A stretch of DNA of 64,000 nt from Lobosporangium transversale (GCF_002105155.1 NW_019029011.1:186001-250000); one strand, 5' to 3'; shown: positions 50,925 to 64,000, counted from the first letter of the stretch. Notes: generated by a model not told the origin, from the letters alone. Made by a program: numbers and translations.

Positions 50925-51183
50925 ATCAAAAGAGTCTCACTCATAGAGTTCTATTTATGCTTTTTTACTTTTTAAATCAGTCAACTCAATGCCAACTCTC
51001 ACAAGGCTGGCGGCATCCAGCACCACGCGCTGGCAACTACAGATGCTTTCAAATTCTGTCAAAAAAATTGACTGGCGTCTGTTGCCGCAATTTCAGTTGG
51101 ATGGGCCTGGCAGCGTTTGTAGTGAAGAGTTTACAGAAGCCAAGGAGATTATCTTGGATATGTACGACATTTACAACGAATAA
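48255..51183 (+). CDS. DML1: Misato/Dml1 tubulin-like protein, many exons
   Basis: MHEIVTLQFGHYANFVGTHFWNTQ, TYTPRAMIFDLKG, WSNFSRVYFHPKS, EECDQLQGFQ...DGWGGF. Confidence 0.93.
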
Positions 51184-51300
51184 AAGCAATAAAAACCTTT
51201 TAGTGTCCTCAGTCTCTCCACCTCTCCGCGTGCAAATTAAACCTTCAATTATCCAGCTATATTTTATTGGTACTGATGTGCTTAGGGTGTTTTACTGAGT

Positions 51301-53858
51301 CTAGAATACTGATTCTGATTCCTTAAAAGGATCTGCGCCCAAGACACAAGACATGGGCGGCCGCCTCAATCCGCTGTCATTGCTGCTAGTGCCATTTTCA
51401 AGCATCTCGGTCGAGCTCTCATTGAGCAAGTCTCTTTTAACCTCATCGGGATCAATTTCATATTTTGACAGCAGCTCTTGCAATAATGACAGTTGCTCTG
51501 ACTTTGCTTGATAAGACTCAGGGCCTTGTGGGATGACAGGAACTCTATCAAAGACACGGCGCGCGCGGTCATAAAAAAAATCTGGTCGAGGTTTGTATTC
51601 GGCATTAGCCATAATAGACTCAATACTGCCGTAGTATTGGATCAATTTCACAGCCCTATTCGGTCCGATCCCCTCTATTGTCTGATAGGACAGGAGTCAA
51701 AAAAAAAAAAAAGATTATTATTAGATTATGTCAGATATTATACACTTTTCTAAATATACTCGACTTACACCTGAGAAATCGGTGCCGCATAGAATGCACA
51801 AGTCCCGGAATGCATCACGATTAATCCCAAGGCTCTCATGCGCAACACGTGGATTGATTTCAATGATATCTTTAGCACTACCAGGAGCGACCTGTCGTAA
51901 CAAGATTCCATTGCCAAAGACCGCTGTGTCAGTATCCTCACTGACTGAAGCATCTGCCCAGCCTTGAGTGGTCAACTGTGCGCAGATAGCTTCGGCCTCT
52001 GCTCCCTCAGCCTGGATTACTGGTTGGCCCATTGCTTGTAGTAACAACTGGCAGGACGCTACCAATGGCCATGTAACGCGCAAAGTGCGGCGCTCAAGTG
52101 TCATGAACAGTGTTTGATGGGATGAGAGGACCTCTTTAATCGTAGACGGTAGATCTTGTCGAGTCTCACTCAATGTCTCGTCCACTTTCGTAGTGTCCTC
52201 TAAGTCATCAGTCTCGCATAGCATCCCTGTTGGTTCACTCGGCCATACTGCTTGCTCATCGGCAGTCAAGTTTTCCATGAGTGGCTCCCCTATAATAGGC
52301 TCTAGGTCACTAGTCAAAGATTCCTTCCCATCAAGCCGCTCAATATCCCCTTCAAAGAGATTTGCCCTATCCGATCTACTGCTTTCTTCCTGCAGTGTCC
52401 CCGATGATATAAGTCTCGATTTTGAATCCGGTAGAAGACTTGTGGATCCGTCTTCATTTTTCACTGATTTATCCATGATCAATGGGATTTGTGAAATAGG
52501 TGGATCTGTCTTTCTTTTATCTTGGAATAGAAGCGCTTCCTTGATATCTTTCACCAGCTTATGTTCCAATTCATCTAAAGCTTTCTGTCTTTTTGTCGAG
52601 TACTGAACTAACTCCTCTGTGCTTGATATGTTAAGACTACTCTCCATATTTTCTACATACTTTAGTAGACCTTCATGGATTTTCTTGTGAATTTCAGCCT
52701 CTGAGAGAGGGCCAAAGAGGTCGGCGAAATCAAAAATCTCTTTCACGCTGAGCTGACTTATCGGAGGTAATTCTTCTATTGGTGCTTGGGTTGGCACTAA
52801 AGGCTGTGGGCCACCAGCATCCCGTGTGTCCTGAGCGGTGTTGTTGTCTTCGTTGCTGGTGTCCGCTAGATCATGCATCACATCCAAGCCTCGTGTTGTC
52901 TCAAAATTTAGCTCTAACTGCCCTAACGTATCCAAATCAGACGCGAAGGAATCAGTCTGATCATTTTCGTGTTCTGTAATACTGTCGCCCAAAATTATTG
53001 CGTCATGGGCAAGTAACCCTTCAAAATGAGCCAGATGCGAATCAAGTTTACGTAGGTCTTCTTCTGTGAACTCAGGTATATGCCATGAGGGATCATTCTC
53101 AAGATTTTCGCTATGAACATTGAAAATATCAGGGAGAGAGCTTGGGTTGGACAATGTGGATTGAGATTGAGCAGGCAGTAGGCCGTATTCCCTCAAAGCT
53201 TCGTTGGAATTTTTTGCCATGGCCAAGGGTGGTATCGGTAGTGATAATATGACTTCTTCTAACGGTAGTTGCCTCATAACTTCCTTCTGGTTATATTGAT
53301 TTTCGTGGAGAGGAGTCTTTTGTGGCTTTAACCCTTGAAGGATCGATGACGCTCGCTCCGGAGTGATTGCTTGTAGAAGTTTTGCGGGGCCCTTGAGGCC
53401 CTTCAACCGCGATTTTCGGACCTTTTCGAGCTTGAAGGAACGTTCTACTTTTTGTTTCATCTGGGCTCGACGTTGAATCTCACGTTGTTTCTCTACAATG
53501 CGATCTGGACCATCAAAGACGAATATAGGCTTAATACCATGTATCTGAAGGTATACACAGAGCTTGTACACGCCGCGTTGCACGCGTGCTGGGTGTGGAT
53601 CTAATCCATAGACTGAGGGTGTAATGCAGGAATATTTACTCGTATAAATAAATATGATAGTAAAGTCTACCATTATCCTATTTATCCCCTAAAAAAGATA
53701 AAATAAGATAAAAAATAAAAAGCAATCCTACTAAAGCGGTTGAGGTAACAGCTGACGTCGACAGCAAGTGTTTTGCCTTTGTAGCGGGAGATGTGATATC
53801 TGCCGACAGAATGAGGCGCTAAACGTTCCAATAGTGCAGTCAGGCCCTTTACACCCAT
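51301..53858 (-). CDS. Host FEN1/XPG-family 5' nuclease with long N/I spacer, 3 exons
   Basis: MGVKGLTALL, LAVDVS, PIFVFDG, EAEAICA, SEDTDTAVFG, ILCGTDFSG|TIEGIGP. Confidence 0.88.
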
Positions 53859-54169
53859 ATGATCTGATGTCTATCAATATACAGAAAAAGGAAAAGCAAA
53901 AGGAAGGAAGATATGATGATAGGGCAAGCTAGGGGAAGTGACAAGAAAGAGGATTAACGTGGCGGCAATAGAGACAAAGCGAAGAAGTACGAGGTATTAA
54001 AAAGACCTATTCGCAGAGCTGGGAATTATCAATAGATGCTGATATGCAAGTCACTTAAATCAATATTGGTGGCGTAGATCGCCATAGTAAGAAAAATAAA
54101 AAATCCCCTTTTTTGGATTTCTCTTTCGATTGACCATCAGTACAGGACATTCAACATTCAGACACAAGC

Positions 54170-57027
54170 ATGCTCATTCCTTCCTCAGTAGCCTCCTGCG
54201 TGATTCTTGGAGGACGTAGGGGGAACATTCCATTTTCAGGATTCATTACAAATGTGAGTTCTAGATTAGCAGTATCGACTAGAAAAACAGCAGCTCGTTC
54301 CTTTAAACCGTTAAAGTCAACTCGATGGTACAGTTCACATGGTACGTGTGCCTGTTTGCGTTATATTAAACCGAGCGAACAGGGGCTTTCATTTGATCCA
54401 TAACTACTACTCAACACTAAAACTTAAAAACCTCAGCGCACAAGACAGATATTGCCATCAAAAATTGCAGGAATATCGGGATTATTGCCCACATTGATGC
54501 AGGAAAGACAACTACCACAGAACGCATGCTACACTACGCAGGATTCACTCATAAGATTGGTGGTATGTCCTTGAAATAGCTCCCTTTTTATTTTGATCTC
54601 CTATCAAACTTTCGGCTTCATGGATAGAATCGCTTTTGAACAGGTATTTTCCTTATTTTGGTTTCATCAGATGTTGATAGCGGGGATACCATTATGGATT
54701 ATATGAAGCAAGAGCGCGACCGTGGAATCACCATTACATCAGCAGCCATCACATTTGGCTGGAAGGACCACCGAATCAACTTGATCGATACTCCAGGCCA
54801 CGTTGATTTTACGATCGAAGTTGAGCGCTCCATTCGTGTACTTGACGGTGCAGTTACTATCTTGGATGCTGTAGCGGGTGTGGAAGCGCAAACAGAGACT
54901 GTTTGGCAGCAGGCAGCTCGACATGGGATCCCGCGGATAGCATTTATTAACAAAATGGATCGTGCCGGTGCAGGATTTGGTAGAACAGTACGAGAAATGA
55001 GAACACGACTAGGATGTAAACCCGTTGTCTTGCAGATACCGTTTATGGAATCACCTACTGGTGCTGGAGCTGCAGCTAGCGACGCTGAATTCGCAGGTAT
55101 TGTAGATATCCTCTCAATGGAGATTCTTAGGTGGGACTCAAAATCTAAAGGAGCTAAAGTCACAAAGTCACCCCTTGATGCCTCCTATCCCGACCAGGAC
55201 CTATATCAGGAGGCAATCAGGGCTCGTATTGCACTTGTAGAACAGCTCTCTGCACTGGATGAGAGGATTATTGAGCTTTTCTTAACATTGGAGGATCACA
55301 TGGCGGTTGAATCCAGGGATCTACAGGCATCCATCCGTAGATTGACCTTGTCTTCGATAATCGTACCTGTACTTTGCGGCGCAAGCTTCAGAAATATTGG
55401 CGTCCAGCCTCTTATGGATTCTGTTGTCGATTATCTCCCTTCTCCTGATGAACGTCCTGCACCATCAGCTCGTATGCCAGATGGAAAAATGGTTGAAATC
55501 GGAACTGGAGGGTTGAAAGAGAGGCTCTGTGCGCTTGCGTTCAAAGTGATTCATGACGCACGGAGAGGACCTATGGTATTTGTTCGCGTATACGCTGGCC
55601 AATTGAATGAAAGAGTGCAACTCTGGAACAGCACTGCACATACCAAAGAGCGAGCCAATAAATTATTACAGATGTACGCTATGGATGTAGAAGAGATCCC
55701 ATATATCACTAAGGGCAACATTGGTGTGGTTTTGGGGCTCAAAGATACGAGGACAGGAGACACCCTTCTGGACGCACATGATCCTCGTAAAGGAATGACA
55801 TTAAGTGGTATCAAGGTTCCATCTCCTGTATTCTTTGCCAGTGTGGAGCCCATGTCAACTTCGGACGAAAAGCCAGTTGAGGAAGCAATCAAGGCTCTAA
55901 TCCGTGAAGATCCTTCGTTAGGAGTGCGTGTAGATGAAGAAACTGGCCAGACTCTACTTGGTGGAATGGGGGAATTGCACCTTGAGATAGCGCAGGAGAG
56001 ATTGTTGAGTGACTTCAAGGTCAAGGCTGAGATGGGACGAATGCGTATCTCGTTTAAAGAGACTATGCGTGGGGCGGGAGTCGTATCAGAGGTTCCTAAA
56101 TGGGAATATGATCGTGAAGTTTTGGGGAAACGAGGGCGTGCACGTGTTGGTGTGTCTGTAGAGAGACTTGATCAACTTGATGATGCCTCAAATGCTTCCT
56201 TTTCCTCCTTGCCCATGTCGGAAAACAGTAGTGATACTCAACCTATTAGACTTGAAGAGCATGATGGTAATAAGATCTTTATTTCGCTCACAGAGCGGAC
56301 ACCCAGTACAGATGAAGCAGGTGCACAGGCCGCTGCTGAAAAGGCAACCCTCTCTGGTTCGGTTATTCCCTCAGGGTCTACGGACCTTCCGCTTTCCGTT
56401 CTGAAGAATGCTATTAGAAATGGTGTTCTATCGGCACTTTCTCGTGGACCACTTTTGGGCTACGCACAGACGCATCTGAAAGTACGATTGACCGCTTTGC
56501 ACTTGTACGGCGCAGACTCTACTCCTGCAGCCATTTCGTCCTGCGTATCTACAGCGGTCACAGAGGCGATCCGTCTAGGAGGCAATTCTTCTGTAGGAGT
56601 GAACGAGAATAACTCTGTGTTGTTGGAGCCGATCATGGATGTCCGAGTCGAAGTGGCAGAGAAGGATGTTGGAACGGTTATTGGAGACATCAGCGGTACA
56701 AGGCGAGGCCGTGTACTGAGTCTAGATGGTCATAGTCCAGATCATCAAACGATTGAGGACGAGAGTGAATTCCAGCTCTATGCACCACCTGATTCAACCT
56801 TCACTACAGACAGCTCTATTCCTTCTTCATCGTCACCATCCATTACTACAATGACAAGTCGTAGGGCTATTCGGGCTCAAGTACCTTTGTCATCCATGCT
56901 TGGCTATGATGCTGCATTGCGTGGATTGACGGGTGGCACAGGCAAGTTTGTGATGGAGGTGATTGGTTATGGTGAGATGGATCTTGACCGGCAGCGCGAG
57001 CTGGTTAAGGAAGTGCGAGGAGGATAG
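54170..57027 (+). CDS. MEF2: Mitochondrial EF-G2 / ribosome-releasing factor 2
   Basis: [60 protein letters not shown]-terminal presequence-like exon. Confidence 0.92.
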
Positions 57028-57380
57028 AATATTAGACAAGCTTGACCAAATTGAAATAACAGGGAAATATGCAAGTCTGTTGTATCGCCATGGGCGGTGT
57101 CATCCTGTGTCATTCCCAACTCAACCTTAAATGATGCGAAATATTTGGTGGCAAGGCACAACAACTTGTCTATTTGTACCATTACACCTACATGAAAAAC
57201 TGGCATGAGTCAACGCTGATATTTGTACAACAGTGGAGAAATCGATCATGAACCTGCTCTGTCACCAAACACTTTTTCTTAAAAGCAGGAATCAAACCTT
57301 CAGATTTCGATATAAAAATCTTTTTTTTTTTTATTCTCATCATTAATTGATATACTTTCAATTTTACCTGTTGTTGTTAC

Positions 57381-58018
57381 ATGGATACTACGGTCATGGA
57401 AATCAACTCTAACGTTCCTGTCAGAAATGCTCCGCCTTGTTTTTTCTATGGCTCTCTCATGGAGTCCAATGTCCTCAATGCTGTCACACGACCAAAACCC
57501 GATGCTGAGCTATTTAGTGCGCGTGCTTCCATCAAGGTATTTTTTTTTTTATGTAGAGGATTTCTATGGGAACCAGGAAGGATCTGAAACCGATATGTCT
57601 CTACTTGCAGGGTTATACCAGATACACATATCATAACCAGCCATTTCCTGGAATGATCCCGTCAGACGATGCAGAAGAGATCGTTGAAGGCCTCTTGGTA
57701 TTTGGTCACTCGGACCTCGAACGTCATCGCCTAGACCAATTTGAAGGGCCTGAATACCCCCGTATTGTATGTTCTGTCACTGTCCATGAAAAAGTCCCCG
57801 CCAGGTTTACGATCAACAAGCTCAACGACTACGAACCCGAGACGGTCATGGATGCTTTTGTGTATGTTTTCAAGGGACCCATCGAGCATCTGGATTTGAA
57901 GAGGCCCTGGGATTACGAAGCATTCAAACAAGAGCATGTTTTGGCCTGGATGACAGCTGATGCCACCTTCAAGAGCATGGTAGAACGTACAGAAAATAGA
58001 ATTCTTTTACAAAGCTAA
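57381..58018 (+). CDS. AIG2-like gamma-glutamylcyclotransferase-fold protein, 2 exons
   Basis: FFYGSLM...|GYTRY...FPGM...VEGLLV...LDQFEG.EY.R...YVF. Confidence 0.85.
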
Positions 58019-58291
58019 ATAAAGAGGGAGCATAACATTCAAAACCATGTCTATATTTTCTATATTTTCTTTTTCCTATTCTAGCGTGTTACTTTACATA
58101 TTTGTAAAAAGATGCATAGTAAGGGAAAAATAAAATAAATACAAAAATAAAGCAAAAGTCAAATATTTAATAATTAAAAACAAAATAGAAAGCAGTGTTG
58201 TACAGAATTTTATGATACAAAGAAAAGGAAGCAGAATAGAATAAAGGATCGATGTTTATATGATTGGCAGACTTCCACTTGCATTAATTGT

Positions 58292-61142
58292 TTACTCCGG
58301 GGCTAACACTGATCCCAGGTCGACTGCAGTGGATGGTTCTGCTACGACTGCCGCAGCTCGGCAAACTGGACACTTGTTTGCCCCTGTTGTGAGCCACTAT
58401 ATAATAGATAAAAGATAACATAGCACTAGCGTTATAAGTCTAATTGTTTACATCTTATTCACAAAGTTACCAGAAATATAAGAGTCTCTTACATACCTTG
58501 TCAATGCACTCCAAATGAAAGCCATGCTTACACTTGAGCGCACGCATGTCTTCGCCTTCTTCATACTCACTCATACAAACCAGGCACTTACTGTTATCGC
58601 CGAGGGTAGTGATGTTGCGCATCCCTTGATACTCTTGTTCAAATCGCCCAACCACAAATCCGGCATTGTTGATGGCTTCTTGAGTTGTAGTAATAGGTCG
58701 AGCTGGCCCGATCAAGTTGGCTAAGGCCCATAATTCATCATAGTTTGAGCCTCCCTCTCCATCTGTACCTGCAGCCATCAAACTATTTAGATCTATATAT
58801 TTAAAAAACGAAGTAAAAAAAAGACGTGAAACGCAATTAGTACATGATACAGTTATACTTTTCAATAATGATTAATCCTCTTAATTCCCTTTATCTTTGC
58901 TTGCTCACGTACATGCTCCAGTCAAAGTCATGACGACCCATGGCGATCGATGACGCTGTCGAGAACTTGGTGTTTGGTTGTCGCTTGAACCGTCGGGTGA
59001 TGACGAAGAGTCGTTGGAATCAGAGTCTGGCTCATTTTCTGGTGGTTCTGAGAGGAACATGATAACACCACCATCCGTAAAATCGTCGCTCCTTCTGCGG
59101 TTTTCACCCTCAGCACCATCATTATCAGCAGATCCAGTAGAGCCATTTCGAGTTCGTTCACCACCAAAATTGCCTCCAATTTGGATAAAGCGAATGGTGG
59201 TACGATGGTGCCTGGGACGTGCATTAGCGTTGGGAGATGTAGGGCTAGTGTCTCCACCAGAGGGCGCAGCCTCAGTCCTCACAGTAGAAGAATTATTTTC
59301 TACATGCCCTGTATCAATAGTATTGGATGAAGGTGCGTGGTCTTCTGCGTCGTTCACTCCCTCTGAATCTTCATCACCGTTAATTCCCTGATTTGGTCGC
59401 CATGCTCGATTGACATCAGCAAGCAATCGTAAGAAGAAAGGAAGCTGGCTTAAGAGAAATTGTGATCTTTCCAAGTTGTTAGTAGATTGCATGTCATTCT
59501 CAGTTCGAGGCTCAGGGTTTGAAGGGCGATCTTCAGCATCCTGCGAGGATGATGTTTCCTCATTAGTCCTGTCGTCTGAAGGTTGAAATCCAAATGTTGA
59601 GGAACGTAGACGTTGGTGATTAAGGGTAGCAGAGGACTCTTCCTGAAAATTTTCTCTTTGAAAGTCAACAGCAGAGGAGGCTCCATTTGACCTAGTATAA
59701 TTTGGAGACGAGGTCATATTTGAATCATAATGACTTTCATGATAGCTGCTAGGCTGTTCTTCAGTAGATTGGAGTGAAGTTGCTGATGCTGACATCAAAG
59801 TCAAGTCATCAGCCTCATGAAGAGACTGCGTAAATTGATGATGAATAAGGTTTGCAACGACTTCTGGATCAGGATACGCTCCTGATTGTCTGCGCAAGGT
59901 ATCAGCAATTTCTTGAGTTTGTGCGCCAGAGTCAACGCCTTGTACTACGGACGAATCATGATCAACAAGCATCTCATGCTCCATGCCGTCGCTGTCGCCG
60001 TCGCCAGAGGAGTTTAAGGTTCCATCGCGAGAGTTTGTAAGCCCTTCAAAGAACGAATGGCCGTTGGATGAGTCTACCGCTACATTAGAGGCTGGTGAGA
60101 TGGGCTCCTGCGCGGCTCTTGTTCCAGGCCCAAGAGTAAAAGTCATGCGACTGAGGGGTAGCTCCGATCGATGTAGAGTTGGCAGCGCCGACTGTCGCTG
60201 GTTGCTGTGCATGTTGTTAAACTCTGGCGGCGGCTGTACAACATCTGCTAAGACGTTATGCTGTTCTACCGTGGAGCTATACTGTTGTTCTTGAGGATGG
60301 CTAACATAATCGGGGTCAACATCCATGTGCTCTGCACTGAAGGCCTGCATCGATGAAGTGTTAGCCAATGTACTCACAGGAGGACTGCTTGTAAATATAC
60401 TCGAAGCTCTACTGGAGCTGCGAGTGCTACGGATCGAGTGCTCATCATACATGCGCTGGATTCGAGAAAGTCCGCGCGGAGTACGACCACTTGAGGCTAT
60501 ATTGGGAGGCTGCATTCCAGGAGATCGGGTTGTAGATCGGGTAACAAGGTTAGAGCTTCCTAGAGCCGCTGCTCCACTGCGAGATATAGGTCTCTCAATT
60601 CGTGGGGCGTTAATGTGGCTGTCATCACCATTTAGGCCTGCATTACTCTCAGCTTCTGAGCTAGTGACAACGGTGCTGGATGTATCTCCAGTTTCTGGAA
60701 GCGATAAAGGTGATACACTTTGGGCTGGATGGGCACCTGGAGAGGTATTCGATTCGTCTGCATTGCCATCATCATTACCAGGGTTCGGATTTGTATTGCT
60801 GTAGCTAGCATTGGAGCTGGATGAACTACGAGAGAGTAGAGGATAGAAAGAAGAAAATAAGTTGGTTCGACGGCGCCTTTCCGTTGTGGAACGCAAGACC
60901 CGGGAAGAAGAGGACGACGGCGAATTCTGTTGTTGCCGTTGTTGTTGCTGCTGTTGTTCCTGCTGTTGTTCCTGCTGTTGTTCCTGCTGTTGTTCCTGCT
61001 GTTGTTCCTGCTGTTGTTCCTGTTGGTGTTGGTGTTGGTTCATGTGCTCAGAGTGTGCATTGTTACTAATAGTGTCGCTATCGATGTTGTTCATAGAAGA
61101 GTTTGAAATAGGTCGTCTTGGGGTCGAAGAAGTTTGTCCCAT
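58292..61142 (-). CDS. RING-H2 E3 ubiquitin ligase with long disordered N-terminus
   Basis: NYDELWALANLIG, CLVCMSEYEEGE...CKHGFHLECIDK|WLTTGANKCPVCR. Confidence 0.9.
60927..61040 (-). repeat. Coding 12-bp tandem repeat (QQQE)n
   Basis: (tcctgctgttgt)n on the + strand within the RING ligase first exon. Confidence 0.9.
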
Positions 61143-61379
61143 GATGGGAATTGTATTTTATGTCTTTCCAACGGTTCTAAAGAATTGAATGAGGAAATGA
61201 GAGAAAGAAATGGAAAACAATGAGGCTATTTTATATTACAGGTGGTCACGAGCTTGATTACCAATTTGTTTCGAGAAAGATGACACAAATACAAATATTC
61301 AGATAAAATTGTGGACAGTGCATCATGTGCTCAGAAAAAAACGTGATTTGCTTTTAATAAAGATTATAACAAAAAAATA

Positions 61380-62048
61380 CTAATAAACATATGGATCTTG
61401 TAAATACTGCTGCTGTCGCTCAAATTCTGCTTGGAATTTGTTCTGTAACGAATAAAGTAGTTGCGAGATAGGGTCCTGATGACGATGCTGCCGCCCAGTA
61501 TTCGAGTCTGAGCCTCTAGAGGCCGAGGTTATGTTAATGATGAACCAAACAATAGAAGTAACGATCGTAACAATAATCGTCAGCTTGATCAAGTTGAGGA
61601 CAGAGCGTACAACCCATGATACAACGGCATAGGTTATTTTAAAAGCTACATAGGATAACACCGCAACCAGGATGTATGTCGTTAAAGGCGTCTCTGAATG
61701 TGTTACCGAGGCAAACGCCGTGTTAATTGACGAGAAAGCCGTAGCCAGTGTGTTCATAACCAGGGATTGGAATGGTGTGCCTTGAGCATGCTGTTCCCCT
61801 TGTCCACGGTATGCATTTTGTCCAGTATAGTCTTCATAGCCTTGGTTCTTGAGTGATGACGCGTAGCTTTCGTAACTGTTCCTGCCATGCTTATTGAGTA
61901 CAGCAGTCGTGGCAGTGATGGTGTTGAGAGCCAAGTTCACGACAGCCAGAATACCCGCAACTGTGTTATTGCCAAGAACATTCGAGAGGACGGGCAATGT
62001 AACCTGTAGAAGTGGTTGATTCATTGCGATCGAGATGGAATCAGGTAC
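61380..62048 (-). CDS. Uncharacterised membrane protein, terminal exon (two C-terminal TM helices; loosely Apq12-like)
   Basis: Open frame with two hydrophobic helices, preceded by a ttttcacag acceptor ending at 62049. The upstream exon is not identified. Confidence 0.6.
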   Translation of the reverse strand, partial: VPDSISIAMNQPLLQVTLPVLSNVLGNNTVAGILAVVNLALNTITATTAVLNKHGRNSYESYASSLKNQGYEDYTGQNAYRGQGEQHAQGTPFQSLVMNTLATAFSSINTAFASVTHSETPLTTYILVAVLSYVAFKITYAVVSWVVRSVLNLIKLTIIVTIVTSIVWFIINITSASRGSDSNTGRQHRHQDPISQLLYSLQNKFQAEFERQQQYLQDPYVY

Positions 62049-62101
62049 CTGTGAAAACAAGAAAGATGAGTTTCTCTTTTTTTTATGGTGGTTGCAAGCT
62101 G

Positions 62102-64000
62102 TAGTGATCTAAGCTGGAAGCGAAGCAGCAGCGATTTTTGAGAACAAGCACGTGCTGGTTAATTTTTTCAGCATGCTGGTTCAATTTTTCAGCATGCTGG
62201 TTCGTTTTTCCAGCATGCTGGTTCGATATTTCAGCATACTTGTTAAAATTTATTAAAATTTTTAACTTGCATAACCAAGTGCTCCTCCATGCACTGCTAC
62301 CTCAGAATCTCGAGCATCAATAAAAGCTTGATTACTCACAGCTACAGAATGGATAATCCTCATTCAAACATTTGTCAGTTTTGTATATGCACATGCCTAA
62401 AAAAAGATGTCAGCCGTAGTCACCCTTCATTGCCTCTTCACAAAAAAACAAAAATGGCGTGCTAACTGCAGCTGGTGGAACAGAAAGGTTTTCATGCTAC
62501 ACAAAACCAAACACCAATTGAATGCTACAACGTTGCCTTTATCTTCTTTATCTTCTTTATCTTCTTTCCATTGTTACCCGTTTTACTTTCACACAAAATC
62601 TTTAAGAAATAATGGCAAATCATACACATGATCCTCTTCACCAGGATGAGAATGGAGAACAGGGGTATGAGGATGAGGATGAAGATGAGGATGAGTATGA
62701 GGATGGACACGAGGAGGGGAATGAGTATCAGGAGGAGCACACCAGTGACGAGGAAGAGACCCTTATACCTCGCCGAAATCAAATCGAACGAAGAATGCAA
62801 CTCCAGAAAAGTCTTCCAGCAAATAGAATCGATTCTCCCCAAACTAGTGATGCAGCCTACAATGGCGAATCGTTCGAGACGCAAGATATGCCGTGTGATG
62901 AGCTTGAGGTACTAGACTCCTATCTTGGTGCGAACCCAATCTCGTCTTCATCCCAGACGATGAGACCCATGGTAAGCATTGGTCGCGAAAAGAGGAGGTT
63001 CATCAAAACTTCTTCTCCTCCCGGTGGATTTGCGCAATCGGTTCATCATGCCAGACCAAGGACGTTTGGACGTTCTCAATCATCAACAGCTTTGCCTACA
63101 TCACGTTATAATCATACGCTACTTGCTGCACAGCAAGCCCCACTGTCATCTCTCCGTTCATCCAACAGCTTCTCCCAATATCGGGAGTCAAAACCAGGCC
63201 CATCTTCAGTCTCCTCGATTTCTACATTGAGCTCCACGCAACAGCGCAATATTTACGCGTTCAAGATCTATTAATCTTCCCTCTTTTGACTTTACACGTG
63301 CCATTGATGCTGAAGCATTGGCCAACCGGCGGAGAGAGCTGAGGGATAGTCATTTTGCATCAAACGGATGGTATGATTTGTACGAGTTACTGGATTTTGG
63401 TACCATTCCTACGCCAGAACAATTCTCTGACGCCCCTCCCTCTCAAAAAGCATTAGCCCTGATTCCAAATCAAAAATCCTTTCGCAAAAACAGCGTGATT
63501 GGTCATTTTTTCAAATCAAGCAAGGAAGAATTCCAGTGTCTGGTCCTGAAAGATGGAGTAATCTGTGGTACTACATACAAGAAAACTGGGAGTGGATATT
63601 CAAGATCTGTTCACTTAACTCAGTGCCATGGCGATTTATATAGTGCCCTCCAAGAATTTCGCAATTGTCAGAGCAGGGTTAAAGGTATCATGCTGCCACC
63701 TGATCCGGAAGAAGTTGACGTGGCTCCACCAAGAAAGGCAAAATTCGACATCGCACGAGATGAGATTGTTAATGAGAGCCTCAAGAAGCCGCTCCCTCAT
63801 GAACAAGAAGCATTCGAGGATACGCTTTTACTGCAGTTAATTCGACGATCTTCAGATCAATCATTGAAATGACCAATCCTTATTTCAATATCCCTACCAC
63901 AATGGCTATGCAAGACAGGATGGATCGACGAGTTCGAGAGATGAGACGCGAAATCAAAGAGTACATTACCTATTATAAGCTTTACGCTGCCGTCACGACA
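62102..64000 (+). mobile_element. Left part of a hAT-like DNA transposon with BED-finger transposase, probably disrupted
   Basis: Candidate terminus TAGTGATC at 62102; subterminal repeats; ORF 63318-63872 has a BED finger SVIGHFF...FQC...IC.TTY...HLTQCH; acidic N-terminal ORF 62612-63274. The catalytic DDE region is not in the window. Confidence 0.65.
62147..62244. repeat. Five ~21-bp tandem repeats with palindromic core CAGCATGCTG
   Basis: AGCATGCTGGTT units separated by 9-nt T-rich linkers; the first and last units are degenerate. Confidence 0.9.

Noticed and set aside
60862..61188. Cys-rich metallothionein-like ORF on the + strand
   Set aside because: It is the antisense reading of the (QQQE)n repeat in the RING ligase.
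62147..62244. Palindromic repeats with variable linkers resembling a mini-CRISPR array
   Set aside because: The linkers are only ~9 nt and similar to each other, there are no cas genes, and the context is eukaryotic next to a BED-finger ORF. Transposon subterminal repeats explain it better.

Overview
Intron-rich fungal genomic DNA. The gene set, intron style and mobile elements suggest an early-diverging fungus, probably Mortierellaceae (inference). About 17 host genes are recognisable: SWC4, GID8, UPS2/MSF1-like PRELI, TRA1, an NDUFC2-like complex I subunit, an MBP1/Res-type APSES-ankyrin factor, COG7, an SDR, 14-3-3, a SAM methyltransferase, SHE4/UNC-45, a possible BLOC-1 subunit, DML1/Misato, a FEN1/XPG-family nuclease, MEF2, an AIG2-like GGCT, a RING-H2 ligase, plus one unknown membrane protein. 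Three accessory islands interrupt them. (1) 7661-10985 is a spliced gene that joins an N-terminal FEN1/XPG-like PIN nuclease in frame to a Fanzor/TnpB-like RuvC-zinc-finger nuclease; the Fanzor half is now frameshifted. (2) About 35280-40100 holds a decayed Mutator (MULE) transposase head-to-head with a second, divergent, decayed PIN-Fanzor gene. (3) From about 62100 to the window end is the left end of a hAT-like transposon with palindromic subterminal repeats. The headline observation is the PIN(XPG)-Fanzor fusion family, present twice with complementary deletions and with candidate omegaRNA-like hairpins downstream. All family calls come from motifs read by eye; no searches were run.
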